DNA of 29,997 nt from positions 1 to 29,997 of IMG/VR virus record IMGVR_UViG_3300044580_000244, one strand, 5' to 3'. Shown here piece after piece: positions 1 to 7,505 of the stretch. The translations under genes were made by a program, and so were the position numbers. Numbering within the stretch: the stretch's first letter is position 1; each line of letters starts with the position of its first letter. The notes beneath the pieces were generated by a model. It worked only from the letters and a program-made list of their open reading frames with translations. It had not been told where the DNA came from and searched no databases. Source of the DNA: a virus.

Positions 1-90
1 AATTCTAATTCTAATTCTAATTCTAATTCTAATTCTAATTCTAATTCTAATTCTAATTCTAGTTCTAGTTCTAGTTCTAGTTATAATTAC
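1..90. repeat. Hexanucleotide tandem array: (AATTCT)x10, (AGTTCT)x3, then degenerate units AGTTAT and AATTAC
   Basis: Read directly. 1-60 is ten perfect AATTCT units, 61-78 is three AGTTCT units, and 79-90 decays. The same unit in the same orientation forms the right end of the window. Confidence 0.97.
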
Positions 91-99
91 TCGATTTTA

Positions 100-183
100 G
101 CTTGAGCTTTGGCTCGAGCGTTAGCTTGACCATTGGCTTGGCACTTGGCTTGGCACTTGGCTTGACCGTTAGCTTGAATTTTT
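100..183. repeat. Seven tandem 12-bp iteron-like units (consensus GCTTGrCnnTTr)
   Basis: Units: gcttgagctttg, gctcgagcgtta, gcttgaccattg, gcttggcacttg, gcttggcacttg, gcttgaccgtta, gcttgaattttt. All are head-to-tail with no spacers. Two units are identical. Confidence 0.85.
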
Positions 184-210
184 TTTAAGTTCTTTAAATT
201 CAAATAGTTA

Positions 211-510
211 TAAAAGGCAAAAAAGGGAAAAAGTAGGGAAAAATGGGCAAAAACAGGGTAAAAAAGGGTAAAAAAGGGTATTTTTCGGGTAAAAATGAGG
301 TAAAAACGCCTGGAAAACTTCCAGAAAATTGCGAAAAAAACCAGAAAAAATAGCCAAAAAAAGTGCGAAAAAGTAGGCAAAAAATAGGTAAAAAATAGGC
401 AAAAAATGACCAGAAAATTGATTGAAAAAATGGCAAAAAAACGAGGGAAAAAGTGAGGGAAAATCTGGGAAAAAAGACAGGAAAAAAGGGAAAGTCTGGT
501 AAAGACTAGT
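211..510 (+). repeat. Array of about 25-27 same-strand A-tracts (GGnAAAAA-type units) spaced about 10-13 bp apart; predicted intrinsically curved DNA
   Basis: Example stretch: ggcaaaaaagggaaaaagtagggaaaaatgggcaaaaacagggtaaaaaagggtaaaaaaggg ... gagggaaaaagtgagggaaaatctgggaaaaaagacaggaaaaaaggg. A4-A7 runs all lie on the + strand with a period close to one helical turn. Only F-rich junk ORFs occur on the - strand. Confidence 0.85.
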
Positions 511-520
511 AAGCAAGAAA

Positions 521-624
521 ATTAAAAAAACTTATGTCTGTAACTATTACAGTTTCAAATAGTTAGCGAGATGAGCTAAAAAAAGTTAAAAAAAAGCTTA
601 AAAAAACGCAGATTTTACTTGACA
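521..624 (+). repeat. Copy 1 of a ~104-bp direct repeat (promoter module) ending in AGATTTTACTTGACA
   Basis: Aligns with 758..860. Shared blocks are aaaaaaa-yttrtgtctgtaact, ctaaaaaaa, aaaaaagct(t)aaaaaaa and agattttacttgaca, in the same order and spacing. Confidence 0.8.
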
Positions 625-646
625 GCCTAAAGCCCTTTATTATCGT
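619..646 (+). promoter_or_regulatory. Candidate sigma-70-type promoter P1 (TTGACA-N16-TATCGT), rightward
   Basis: TTGACA at 619-624 and TATCGT at 641-646, with an A-rich UP-like tract upstream. The -35 context AGATTTTACTTGACA is identical to P2. Confidence 0.5.
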
Positions 647-757
647 TGTTTTTATAGAGTGTGACCCAAAAGTGAAAAAGAAATGAAAGAGAAAGAAAAC
701 CTGATGGCAAAGCAAGAAATTCTGGAAAGAAAGTTCCAGAAGAATATATTGAAAAAA

Positions 758-860
758 GTTAAAAAAATTTTGTCTGTAACTCTTTCATAAATAAAGACTT
801 ACCCGTGTGGACTAAAAAAAACATAAAAAAAGCTAAAAAAATTGAAGATTTTACTTGACA
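758..860 (+). repeat. Copy 2 of the ~104-bp direct repeat (promoter module)
   Basis: See copy 1. The offset between copies is about 236-237 bp. Confidence 0.8.
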
Positions 861-882
861 AAATATCGGGTATAATTATTAT
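855..882 (+). promoter_or_regulatory. Candidate sigma-70-type promoter P2 (TTGACA-N16-TATTAT), rightward early promoter
   Basis: TTGACA at 855-860 and TATTAT at 877-882. It lies about 30 bp upstream of the AAGGAG RBS and ATG of the first + strand gene (915). Confidence 0.65.
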
Positions 883-914
883 ATCTTTAGAATCAAAAAC
901 AAAGGAGACCAAAA

Positions 915-1373
915 ATGATTAACATCGAATTCAAAACCTTGTCAGATCAAGATCTCAGGGAACTTATTTCTTCAGCGAAAGAAGAACTCAAGTCTCGCCA
1001 AGAAGCACAACCCCAGAAGCAAGTTCCAAGAGTGCTTCGTCAGATGTATATGGAAACACTCGGAACCGACAGAGACAGCACCGTAACCCGCTATAACGGC
1101 GGATGGGCGAAAACGGTCAGAGGACTTGATAAGTCTAATACCAATGGTTATTCAATATTGGGGGACTTCGTAGATATCGACGCTCCGCAATATTGGAAAA
1201 ATGGAACTATAATTCTCGATTGCGACATCAACGGTTCAAGAAAGCATCCTAAAAAGACCTATAGACTGTTCAGATATGAGAATGGAAAGCTTTCATTGCT
1301 CGCCCAAGAAGGCGACACGAAAGACTGGGCAGTAAGACTTTGGCCAGCGATTGAAGAAGCGCTGGACATATAA
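915..1373 (+). CDS. Hypothetical early protein (152 aa)
   Basis: ORF with RBS caaAGGAGaccaaaaATG. It is the first gene downstream of P2. I recognise no motif. Confidence 0.8.
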   Translation: MINIEFKTLSDQDLRELISSAKEELKSRQEAQPQKQVPRVLRQMYMETLGTDRDSTVTRYNGGWAKTVRGLDKSNTNGYSILGDFVDIDAPQYWKNGTIILDCDINGSRKHPKKTYRLFRYENGKLSLLAQEGDTKDWAVRLWPAIEEALDI

Positions 1374-1393
1374 AAAACAAAAGGAGATATAAA

Positions 1394-1561
1394 ATGTCGG
1401 AATCAAACAAAAAAATGAGACCCTGCGATGAATGCGGGGAAATGGATTATTTGCAACCTTTCAAGTTTAAGAAAGGCAAAAAGGTATATCACTTATGCAG
1501 GTTATGTATTTGGGATTATAGAATAATTGATGATAATGTCAAGGTAGAAATTGTCGATTGA
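1394..1561 (+). CDS. Small zinc-ribbon protein (55 aa; CDEC...CRLC)
   Basis: Below the ORF-track size cutoff. AAGGAGatataaaATG at 1394 and TGA at 1559-1561. Translation: MSESNKKMRPCDECGEMDYLQPFKFKKGKKVYHLCRLCIWDYRIIDDNVKVEIVD. Confidence 0.65.
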   Translation: MSESNKKMRPCDECGEMDYLQPFKFKKGKKVYHLCRLCIWDYRIIDDNVKVEIVD

Positions 1562-1624
1562 GAATTTGTTTTTCAACGAGATAGAAAAAATAAACCAAAT
1601 TCAAGAAAATAAAGGAGAATAAGA

Positions 1625-2866
1625 ATGAGACAAATTAAAAAAAATGAGAAAAAAAGGATTTTCAAAGTCCTAACAAGTGATATGTATGCCCCCATCCAAT
1701 ACAATATCAGATACAGAATGAATGAAGATTATCATTGCATAGATTTTGACGAAAGCATAGAGAATGTCTGCAGTTACGGCTTTTACGGTTGCACTCTGGA
1801 AAGTTTATACGAGTTTTTTGCCCCCGTCCATCGGGAAAGGCTCTTCATCGCTGAGGTCTGGGGCAGGAATGTCCACTACCCAGGCTTCCAGCGGTGGGAG
1901 AACATTCAGCTCGTGCAAGAGCTGAAAAAACCAGAGATATTAGAACTCTGTAAAGAAATAGAAGAAAAATATGGATATAAGCTTGCGGAAGCCTACTATC
2001 CGAAAAATCCATTGGTTGGCACGCCTAAAAAGCCTACCAAAAAGGATATAGAGCTTCTGAAAAAATGGATTGAAATAGAAGAGGATAATTTCGCAAAAAT
2101 TAAAGATTGCGTGGAGGACTCAATAAGAAATAAATATCCTAATCTCAAACAGCACATCTGGGACGGAATAGGTCAAGATATAATAGAAAAGATAATACTT
2201 GCACTCCGAAATGAGATTGTCTGGGCACCAGAAAAATTGCCCAGAGAATATGCGAAATACTATATTGATAATTCCGTGAAAGATTTCATATATGCGTATC
2301 TGGGTAGCCTGTATCCACGGGTGGAAAATTGGAAAAAAATCCAGCATAAGGAAGGCGAATATCCCTTCCAGCCTGCCGTGGAATTGCTGAATCGTGGTTT
2401 CGTTCCATCTTTCGATGGGGGATGCTGGAGACTACATAGTGGAAAAAGGAGACAGAAATTTTTCGAATATGGAAAAATAGTCTGGACGGAAAAGAAACTG
2501 GAAAAGGACGAGAATGATTGTTTGAGCATTGAAGGCATAGAAAGAGTAACATTTAAACAAATATTTGAGGCATTAACAGGAAAAAAGTTAAAACATTATG
2601 TTTCAACCTGGAACTATTATTATAATTATTCCATAAATGATGAAGAAAACTTTGTAAATTTCCCAGATTGGAAATATAACAATAAAATTTATATAACAGA
2701 AAAAAGAAGACACGAAATAGATAAAATAATTATGGAATATTATGTATTCCACTATAAAGACAAAGTATTCAAATATTATGGGATGTTTGATGAGAGCGAT
2801 CCCAAATACAAGGATAAAATGTATGCTCTAATTAAAAGTATTTGCGAGCAAAATAACATAAAATAA
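1625..2866 (+). CDS. Hypothetical protein (413 aa)
   Basis: Long ORF with RBS AAGGAGaataagaATG, followed by a terminator. The N-terminal segment (FKVLTSDMYAP...VCSYGFYGCTLESL...RLFIAEVWG) resembles a widespread phage domain of unknown function. That is my recollection only. Confidence 0.8.
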   Translation: MRQIKKNEKKRIFKVLTSDMYAPIQYNIRYRMNEDYHCIDFDESIENVCSYGFYGCTLESLYEFFAPVHRERLFIAEVWGRNVHYPGFQRWENIQLVQELKKPEILELCKEIEEKYGYKLAEAYYPKNPLVGTPKKPTKKDIELLKKWIEIEEDNFAKIKDCVEDSIRNKYPNLKQHIWDGIGQDIIEKIILALRNEIVWAPEKLPREYAKYYIDNSVKDFIYAYLGSLYPRVENWKKIQHKEGEYPFQPAVELLNRGFVPSFDGGCWRLHSGKRRQKFFEYGKIVWTEKKLEKDENDCLSIEGIERVTFKQIFEALTGKKLKHYVSTWNYYYNYSINDEENFVNFPDWKYNNKIYITEKRRHEIDKIIMEYYVFHYKDKVFKYYGMFDESDPKYKDKMYALIKSICEQNNIK

Positions 2867-2873
2867 CAAAATA

Positions 2874-2906
2874 AGCCTTCTCTCTTATATAGAGAGGGCT
2901 TTTTAT
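2874..2906 (+). terminator. Rho-independent terminator
   Basis: The sequence agccttctctc-ttatata-gagagggct forms a stem-loop followed by TTTTTATT. It lies 8 nt after the stop codon at 2866. Confidence 0.75.
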
Positions 2907-2931
2907 TATATAACAAAATAAAGAGAAAAAA

Positions 2932-3120
2932 ATGGAAAAAGTAACAGTAAAAACTATGGACGGGAAAGAAATAGTCTTTCCAGTACATACCCTGAAAGAT
3001 GGCAGAAAAATCGAATACAGTTTCAATAGCGAAACTGTAAATCAACTGCTAAAAACCATAGTTTCTGCCGTTCAGGCAGGAAATCAGCTAATAAAAAAGG
3101 AGAAAAAAAATGACAAATGA
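2932..3120 (+). CDS. Hypothetical protein (62 aa)
   Basis: ORF whose end overlaps the next start by 11 nt. The RBS is weak. Confidence 0.55.
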   Translation: MEKVTVKTMDGKEIVFPVHTLKDGRKIEYSFNSETVNQLLKTIVSAVQAGNQLIKKEKKNDK

Positions 3121-3712
3121 ACTAAAACAAGAACTGAGGGAAAATGCACGCTTCTTTCCGAGAAGTGTATGCTTTGAGAAATCATTTCTGGAGAAATTGA
3201 TAGAAAAGTATCCAGAAATCAAGCCAAAACTATATGAGAATTCTATTGTATTCCCTTCTGGTTATGTCTGGATATGGGAAAATCCAGAAGAGATTATCAG
3301 GAAATATGAGGCAATAGAAAACAAAATGTATGACCTCGAGGAAATGCTCACCCAGCTAATGAACCGCCTCAGCTGGAAAGAAGGGCTTTCTGAAAAAGAG
3401 AAAAAAGAAAAATATCCAAGCTATATTCCTGATGTAGAATTCATTCACGGGAAATATATATTCTCTGGAGTGATATGCGTTCCAAAAAAGAATATAGATG
3501 AAATATTGCGAGACTATCCAGAAATTGAAAATGAAATCTATGGGCACGCCTTGATAGAGGAAGAGGGTTATTTATATCCAGAAAAAGTAATCAATAGAAT
3601 TGTAAAAGGAAAAGAAGAAATGGAAGAAAGAATACAAAAGCTGGAGAAATGGATAAATGAAGCAAGATATGAGCTTTCTCAATATGGAAAGGAGGAAGAA
3701 AATGAGCAATAG
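3110..3712 (+). CDS. Hypothetical protein (200 aa) with an internal duplication
   Basis: RBS AAGGAGaaaaaaaATG. The two halves share FLEKLIEKYPEIKPKLYE.. and IDEILRDYPEIENEIYG.., each followed by a helical E/K-rich tail. Confidence 0.8.
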   Translation: MTNELKQELRENARFFPRSVCFEKSFLEKLIEKYPEIKPKLYENSIVFPSGYVWIWENPEEIIRKYEAIENKMYDLEEMLTQLMNRLSWKEGLSEKEKKEKYPSYIPDVEFIHGKYIFSGVICVPKKNIDEILRDYPEIENEIYGHALIEEEGYLYPEKVINRIVKGKEEMEERIQKLEKWINEARYELSQYGKEEENEQ

Positions 3713-3878
3713 AAAGATAGCAATGCTATATACGAAAATAAACGGAGAAGAAAAGATAAGGATATATTCTGGAGAGGGAAAAGTTCACACAATAGAAGGA
3801 AAATCTATTTCAGAATTTGCAAAAAAGAATGGAAAAGCTTCAATAGAGGAGTTGGAGGTGCAAATTGAAGCTAAATAA
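3702..3878 (+). CDS. Hypothetical protein (58 aa)
   Basis: I prefer the internal ATG at 3702 (AAGGAGGaagaaaATG) over the track start at 3657. Confidence 0.6.
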   Translation: MSNRKIAMLYTKINGEEKIRIYSGEGKVHTIEGKSISEFAKKNGKASIEELEVQIEAK

Positions 3879-3940
3879 AATAGTCAGAAATATCAATGAC
3901 TATGATAAAAATTGAAGAATAAACACAAAAAGAGGCAAAT

Positions 3941-4678
3941 ATGGCAAAGAATAGCGATGGCAGTAGCTTTTACTACTTCGAGCATAGAGCTGGAAGTAGG
4001 AACGACCTGAAAATCCTGAAATTAGATGAAATCCTGGGAGAAAACAACGGCTATGCTCTCTTTTTCAAGAGCCTGGAAGTGATGCTGGAATTGGAGAAAC
4101 CCTTCCTGAGATATGATAGCAATCTCATTGCGAGAGCGATGGCTATCACGCTGAAGGAATATCACCAGTTCCTGGATGCGTGCATATCCGTAGGTCTCTT
4201 TCAGGTGGATTGCGATGGCAATATCTTCTCGCCTTCGTTCCTGAAATGGCTTTCGAAAAAACAGAGCCTCGCAGAAAGAGGAAGCAAAGGCGGAAAAGCA
4301 TCGCAAGCGAAATTGCATCCTGAACCTGAAAAAGAACCAGAACCAGAAAAACAGAAACAAGCAAAAGTTCAGGAAAGCATAGCAGAGATAGTGGCTTTCT
4401 GGAATGAAAATGCGAAAAAGTGCAGGTGCGTCAAGATTACGAGTGAAATCCAGAAAGCAATTCAGAAAAGGCTGAAAGAGTTTTCAGTAGAGGAAATAAA
4501 GCAAGCAATCAGAAACTATCAGCTAGTGATACAAAATCCAAAATCTTTCTTCAAGTATACCTGGAATCTTCAGGAATTTCTCACCCGAGCCAATGCACTT
4601 CCAGTCTTCTATGGCGAAACCGAGCAGATACTGGAAAAATACGGCTGTGGCAAATCCAGCGAGCCACCAGTGTTTTAG
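3941..4678 (+). CDS. Replication initiation / replisome-organiser protein (DUF4373-like N-terminal domain plus phage conserved C-terminal domain)
   Basis: The N-terminus FYYFEHRAGSRNDLKILKL..LGENNGYALFFKSLEVM matches the Lin1244/DUF4373 pattern. A PEPEKEPEPEK linker follows. The C-terminus FWNENAKK...EEIKQAIRNY matches the pattern seen in phage DnaD-like Rep proteins. The gene lies directly upstream of a DnaC-like loader. Confidence 0.7.
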   Translation: MAKNSDGSSFYYFEHRAGSRNDLKILKLDEILGENNGYALFFKSLEVMLELEKPFLRYDSNLIARAMAITLKEYHQFLDACISVGLFQVDCDGNIFSPSFLKWLSKKQSLAERGSKGGKASQAKLHPEPEKEPEPEKQKQAKVQESIAEIVAFWNENAKKCRCVKITSEIQKAIQKRLKEFSVEEIKQAIRNYQLVIQNPKSFFKYTWNLQEFLTRANALPVFYGETEQILEKYGCGKSSEPPVF

Positions 4679-4688
4679 GAGCGAAAAT

Positions 4689-5243
4689 ATGAACTATCCA
4701 GATTATTATGTCCGAAATGAAAAGCTCTGCACGATGATGGAGACCGCCATAGAAAAGAAAGAGCCTATACTATGGCTCTTCACGGGTGCACCAGGAACGG
4801 GAAAGACACTTTCCGCAGAGATTATGTTTGAGGCTCTGTGCCAAGAGATAGAGCATTTACAGGGGCAAGTAGAGAAATTAACTGCTAACGAGCTCTACTA
4901 TAAGTATCAAAATTTCGCCAGAAGCAAAGATTATGAGGAGAGAAGTCAGACAAAATGGTGCATCAAAACACTATGTAATAAAATAGTGCTATTGGACGAT
5001 TTAGGCAATGAACCGAGAACTGAAGCGAGTTACGCTTTTATGCAGAATTTATTTTCCGTGCAATATAATTGGCTCAGAGAAGGAAATAGAAACTATGTCA
5101 TAATCACGACCAATCTCAATAGCAACGAAATCACGGACATATATGGAGAGCGTGTCATTGACCGCATATACGAATACTACACTATTGTGAAATTCACGGG
5201 AACCAGCTTCCGAAAAAAGAAAATGAAAATAGTAGAGGTATGA
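4689..5243 (+). CDS. DnaC/IstB-like AAA+ ATPase (helicase loader)
   Basis: Start at 4689 (AGGAGcgaaaatATG). Walker A is GAPGTGKT and Walker B is VLLDDLG. Confidence 0.8.
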   Translation: MNYPDYYVRNEKLCTMMETAIEKKEPILWLFTGAPGTGKTLSAEIMFEALCQEIEHLQGQVEKLTANELYYKYQNFARSKDYEERSQTKWCIKTLCNKIVLLDDLGNEPRTEASYAFMQNLFSVQYNWLREGNRNYVIITTNLNSNEITDIYGERVIDRIYEYYTIVKFTGTSFRKKKMKIVEV

Positions 5244-5663
5244 ATGAAAATAAAATTGGAATTCGATATCAAGCCAATGGCAAAGCAAAGCTTTCGCACC
5301 ACACGCTCAGGACAGAAGTATCTCGACCCAAGCGTCATAAAATACAGAAAGGCAATTCGCAATATGGCAATCGCTCAGATGCGAAACCAGAAAGCTGAGA
5401 AGATAGAGGGAGCGGTCAATATGAATATTGTATATGCCTTCAAAAGACCGCAAAGCTTGAGTAAGAAAGAAAGAAACGAAATAGACGGCGGAAAAACCGT
5501 GCCTAAAACAACTAAACCTGATATAGACAATCTCACAAAAGCAATACTGGATGCACTGAACGGGATTGTCTGGAAAGACGACGCACAAGTAACGCAAATA
5601 AAAATTCAGAAAGTATGGTCTTCAAAAGACCAGATAGAGGTAGAAATATGGGAAACCAAATAA
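5244..5663 (+). CDS. rusA: RusA-family Holliday junction resolvase
   Basis: KPDIDNLTKAILDALNGIVWKDDAQV is the classic RusA catalytic core. Size is 139 aa. Confidence 0.9.
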   Translation: MKIKLEFDIKPMAKQSFRTTRSGQKYLDPSVIKYRKAIRNMAIAQMRNQKAEKIEGAVNMNIVYAFKRPQSLSKKERNEIDGGKTVPKTTKPDIDNLTKAILDALNGIVWKDDAQVTQIKIQKVWSSKDQIEVEIWETK

Positions 5664-5717
5664 ACAAAATAAAACAAAAATATCAGACTGGGAGACAGTC
5701 TGGAAAAGGAGAAAGAA

Positions 5718-6098
5718 ATGAAAAGTCTCAATGACTATGCAAGCACTCACATTGACCAGCCTGGTCAGTATGTAGTAACAGTATCAGAGTGCAAGAATGA
5801 CTACACTCGTAGTGGAAAGGAATGCGTTTTCGTGAAATTCGAGACCGCAGAAAACCAAACAATCGTAAGTTCCTATGTAGAGGCTACCTACTGGAAGCTC
5901 TACAAGCTTGCCGTTGCCGCAGGACTCACGAAAGAGGAAAGAGACAGGTTCTTCGATGAACCTGAGCTTCTGATAGGGAAACAGGTCATTATCGATGTGA
6001 CCATCAACAATGCAGGATATCTCGGCGTGAACGACGCCTATCCTGTCAGAAAAGAAAAGAACAGACTGGCATCAGACTTCACTGATGTGCCGTTCTAA
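5718..6098 (+). CDS. Hypothetical protein, possibly a DUF669-like ssDNA-binding accessory of the recombinase
   Basis: RBS AAGGAGaaagaaATG. The call rests on position directly upstream of recT and on size (126 aa). The sequence assignment is tentative. Confidence 0.45.
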   Translation: MKSLNDYASTHIDQPGQYVVTVSECKNDYTRSGKECVFVKFETAENQTIVSSYVEATYWKLYKLAVAAGLTKEERDRFFDEPELLIGKQVIIDVTINNAGYLGVNDAYPVRKEKNRLASDFTDVPF

Positions 6099-6109
6099 AA
6101 GGAGGAAAA

Positions 6110-7339
6110 ATGAATGATTTAGTTGTATTGCAAAACATAGCCAAGGAATTGGTTGGCTCGAAATTGCATCAGCACCGCAACCCAGCGGATGTGCTATTCG
6201 TTATATTCGCAGGTGAGTCTCTCGGTCTCAATCCCGCAACAGCCCTAATGAATATATATAATGTCAATGGGATGCCTGCAATGAAAGCAGACCTGAAGCT
6301 TGCACTGGCAAAAAAGCATCCCGAATATGCAGGATGCACCATAAAATCAGATGCAAACCAGTGCACGGTAGAAATGAAGCGAAAGCTTCCTTCTGGCGAA
6401 ATAGAAACCATAGTGTCCACTTTCACAATGCAAGACGCAGCAAGAGCTGGATTGCTGAAAAAAGACAATTGGCAGAAATACCCAGCTCGTATGCTGAAAG
6501 CTCGTGCAGTGAGCTATGCAGTTAATGACCTCTTTCCCGATGTCTTCTTCGGACTGCTTTCGAAAGAAGAAGCTGAAGAAATAGACGCACCGAAAGCAAC
6601 AGTGAAAGCGAAAGAGAAGGAAATACCAGAGCAGAAATTCTCAAGAGTAGTGGAATATTACTATCCCGAGGATATAGTATATGAAGTTATCAGTGATACT
6701 GAAAATGAGCCTGCACCCGAACCTGCACCCGAACCAGAACCTGAGCCTATATCTGAGCCAGAACCAGAAACAATAGAAACGCCACCAATTGGGGAAAATG
6801 AGATGGAAAATCTCCGCCAAGCGACCATTGCTATTATGAAAAGACTTGCTGAAGAGAAAATCGATGGCTACGAAAGTGAGGAAAGACGCAAGAGAAGTGT
6901 CCGTGAGCATCTTGGCATCGACTACATACGGGATGCAAAAGATTACGATAGTCTCATTCAGTATCACGACTATCTGGCGAAAAAACTTCAGAAAGTCAAG
7001 CAAAAGAGCTTGCAACAGCGAAAAACTGAATTGCTTCTTGAATTGGGAAAATTCGAACCTACAGAAGAAGTAAAGGAATGGTCAAATAGAGTCATATCCG
7101 CAACACGGCATAACACGCTGGACGAGGCGGAAAAATGGCTGAAAGAACATCAGGGAGATAATTTAGAAGAGCGAAAACAAAAACTTCTAAATGAAATAGA
7201 GAAATATGATATCACAGATGCACACGAGAAGGCAATACACATAGCGAAAATAGAAAACGCACTTCGGCATAATCAATTGGATGAAGAAGAATATTGGATA
7301 AAGTCACAAAAACGAAAAACTTCACAAGAAGGAGAATAA
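6110..7339 (+). CDS. recT: RecT-family single-strand annealing recombinase with a long C-terminal extension
   Basis: The N-terminal ~170 aa (LGLNPATALMNIYNVNGMPAMKADL...MQDAARAGLL..NWQKYPARMLKARAVSYAVNDLFPDV) are RecT-like. A PAPEPAPEPEPEPISEPEPE linker follows, then a ~190-aa helical tail. Confidence 0.85.
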   Translation: MNDLVVLQNIAKELVGSKLHQHRNPADVLFVIFAGESLGLNPATALMNIYNVNGMPAMKADLKLALAKKHPEYAGCTIKSDANQCTVEMKRKLPSGEIETIVSTFTMQDAARAGLLKKDNWQKYPARMLKARAVSYAVNDLFPDVFFGLLSKEEAEEIDAPKATVKAKEKEIPEQKFSRVVEYYYPEDIVYEVISDTENEPAPEPAPEPEPEPISEPEPETIETPPIGENEMENLRQATIAIMKRLAEEKIDGYESEERRKRSVREHLGIDYIRDAKDYDSLIQYHDYLAKKLQKVKQKSLQQRKTELLLELGKFEPTEEVKEWSNRVISATRHNTLDEAEKWLKEHQGDNLEERKQKLLNEIEKYDITDAHEKAIHIAKIENALRHNQLDEEEYWIKSQKRKTSQEGE

Positions 7340-7340
7340 A

Positions 7341-7505
7341 ATGATAACATTCATAAATATACTAATGGCGATAGAAGTAATAATGGTCTGGGTCATATTC
7401 ATTGCTATACTCGGACTTATATTGCTATGTATTTGGAAATTAGCAAAAATCGTGTTAAAATGGGTTAAGAATAAAAAAAATGGAGGAAATAATGAAACTA
7501 ACTAA
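7341..7505 (+). CDS. Small single-pass membrane protein (54 aa)
   Basis: Not in the ORF track. GGAGaataaaATG at 7341. Translation: MITFINILMAIEVIMVWVIFIAILGLILLCIWKLAKIVLKWVKNKKNGGNNETN. It has a hydrophobic core and a basic tail. Confidence 0.55.
   Translation: MITFINILMAIEVIMVWVIFIAILGLILLCIWKLAKIVLKWVKNKKNGGNNETN

Noticed and set aside
87-516. Three overlapping minus-strand ORFs (97, 78 and 102 aa) across the iteron and A-tract region
   Set aside because: Their translations are poly-F/L/P low complexity, or AKCQ-type repeats, generated by reading T-tracts and 12-bp repeats. They have no RBS, overlap each other in different frames, and lie in an obvious non-coding repeat hub.
1-520. Possible CRISPR array, given the regular short repeats
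   Set aside because: The units are contiguous at 6, 12 and about 11 bp with no unique spacers. Repeat lengths are far below CRISPR repeats, and no cas genes are present.
683-790. 35-aa ORF (MKEKENLMAKQEILERKFQKNILKKVKKILSVTLS) between P1 and P2
   Set aside because: It has no Shine-Dalgarno sequence, unlike nearly every real gene here. Its 3' third lies inside repeat copy 2, whose counterpart in copy 1 is non-coding. It may be a leader or a short RNA transcribed from P1, but protein coding is unsupported.
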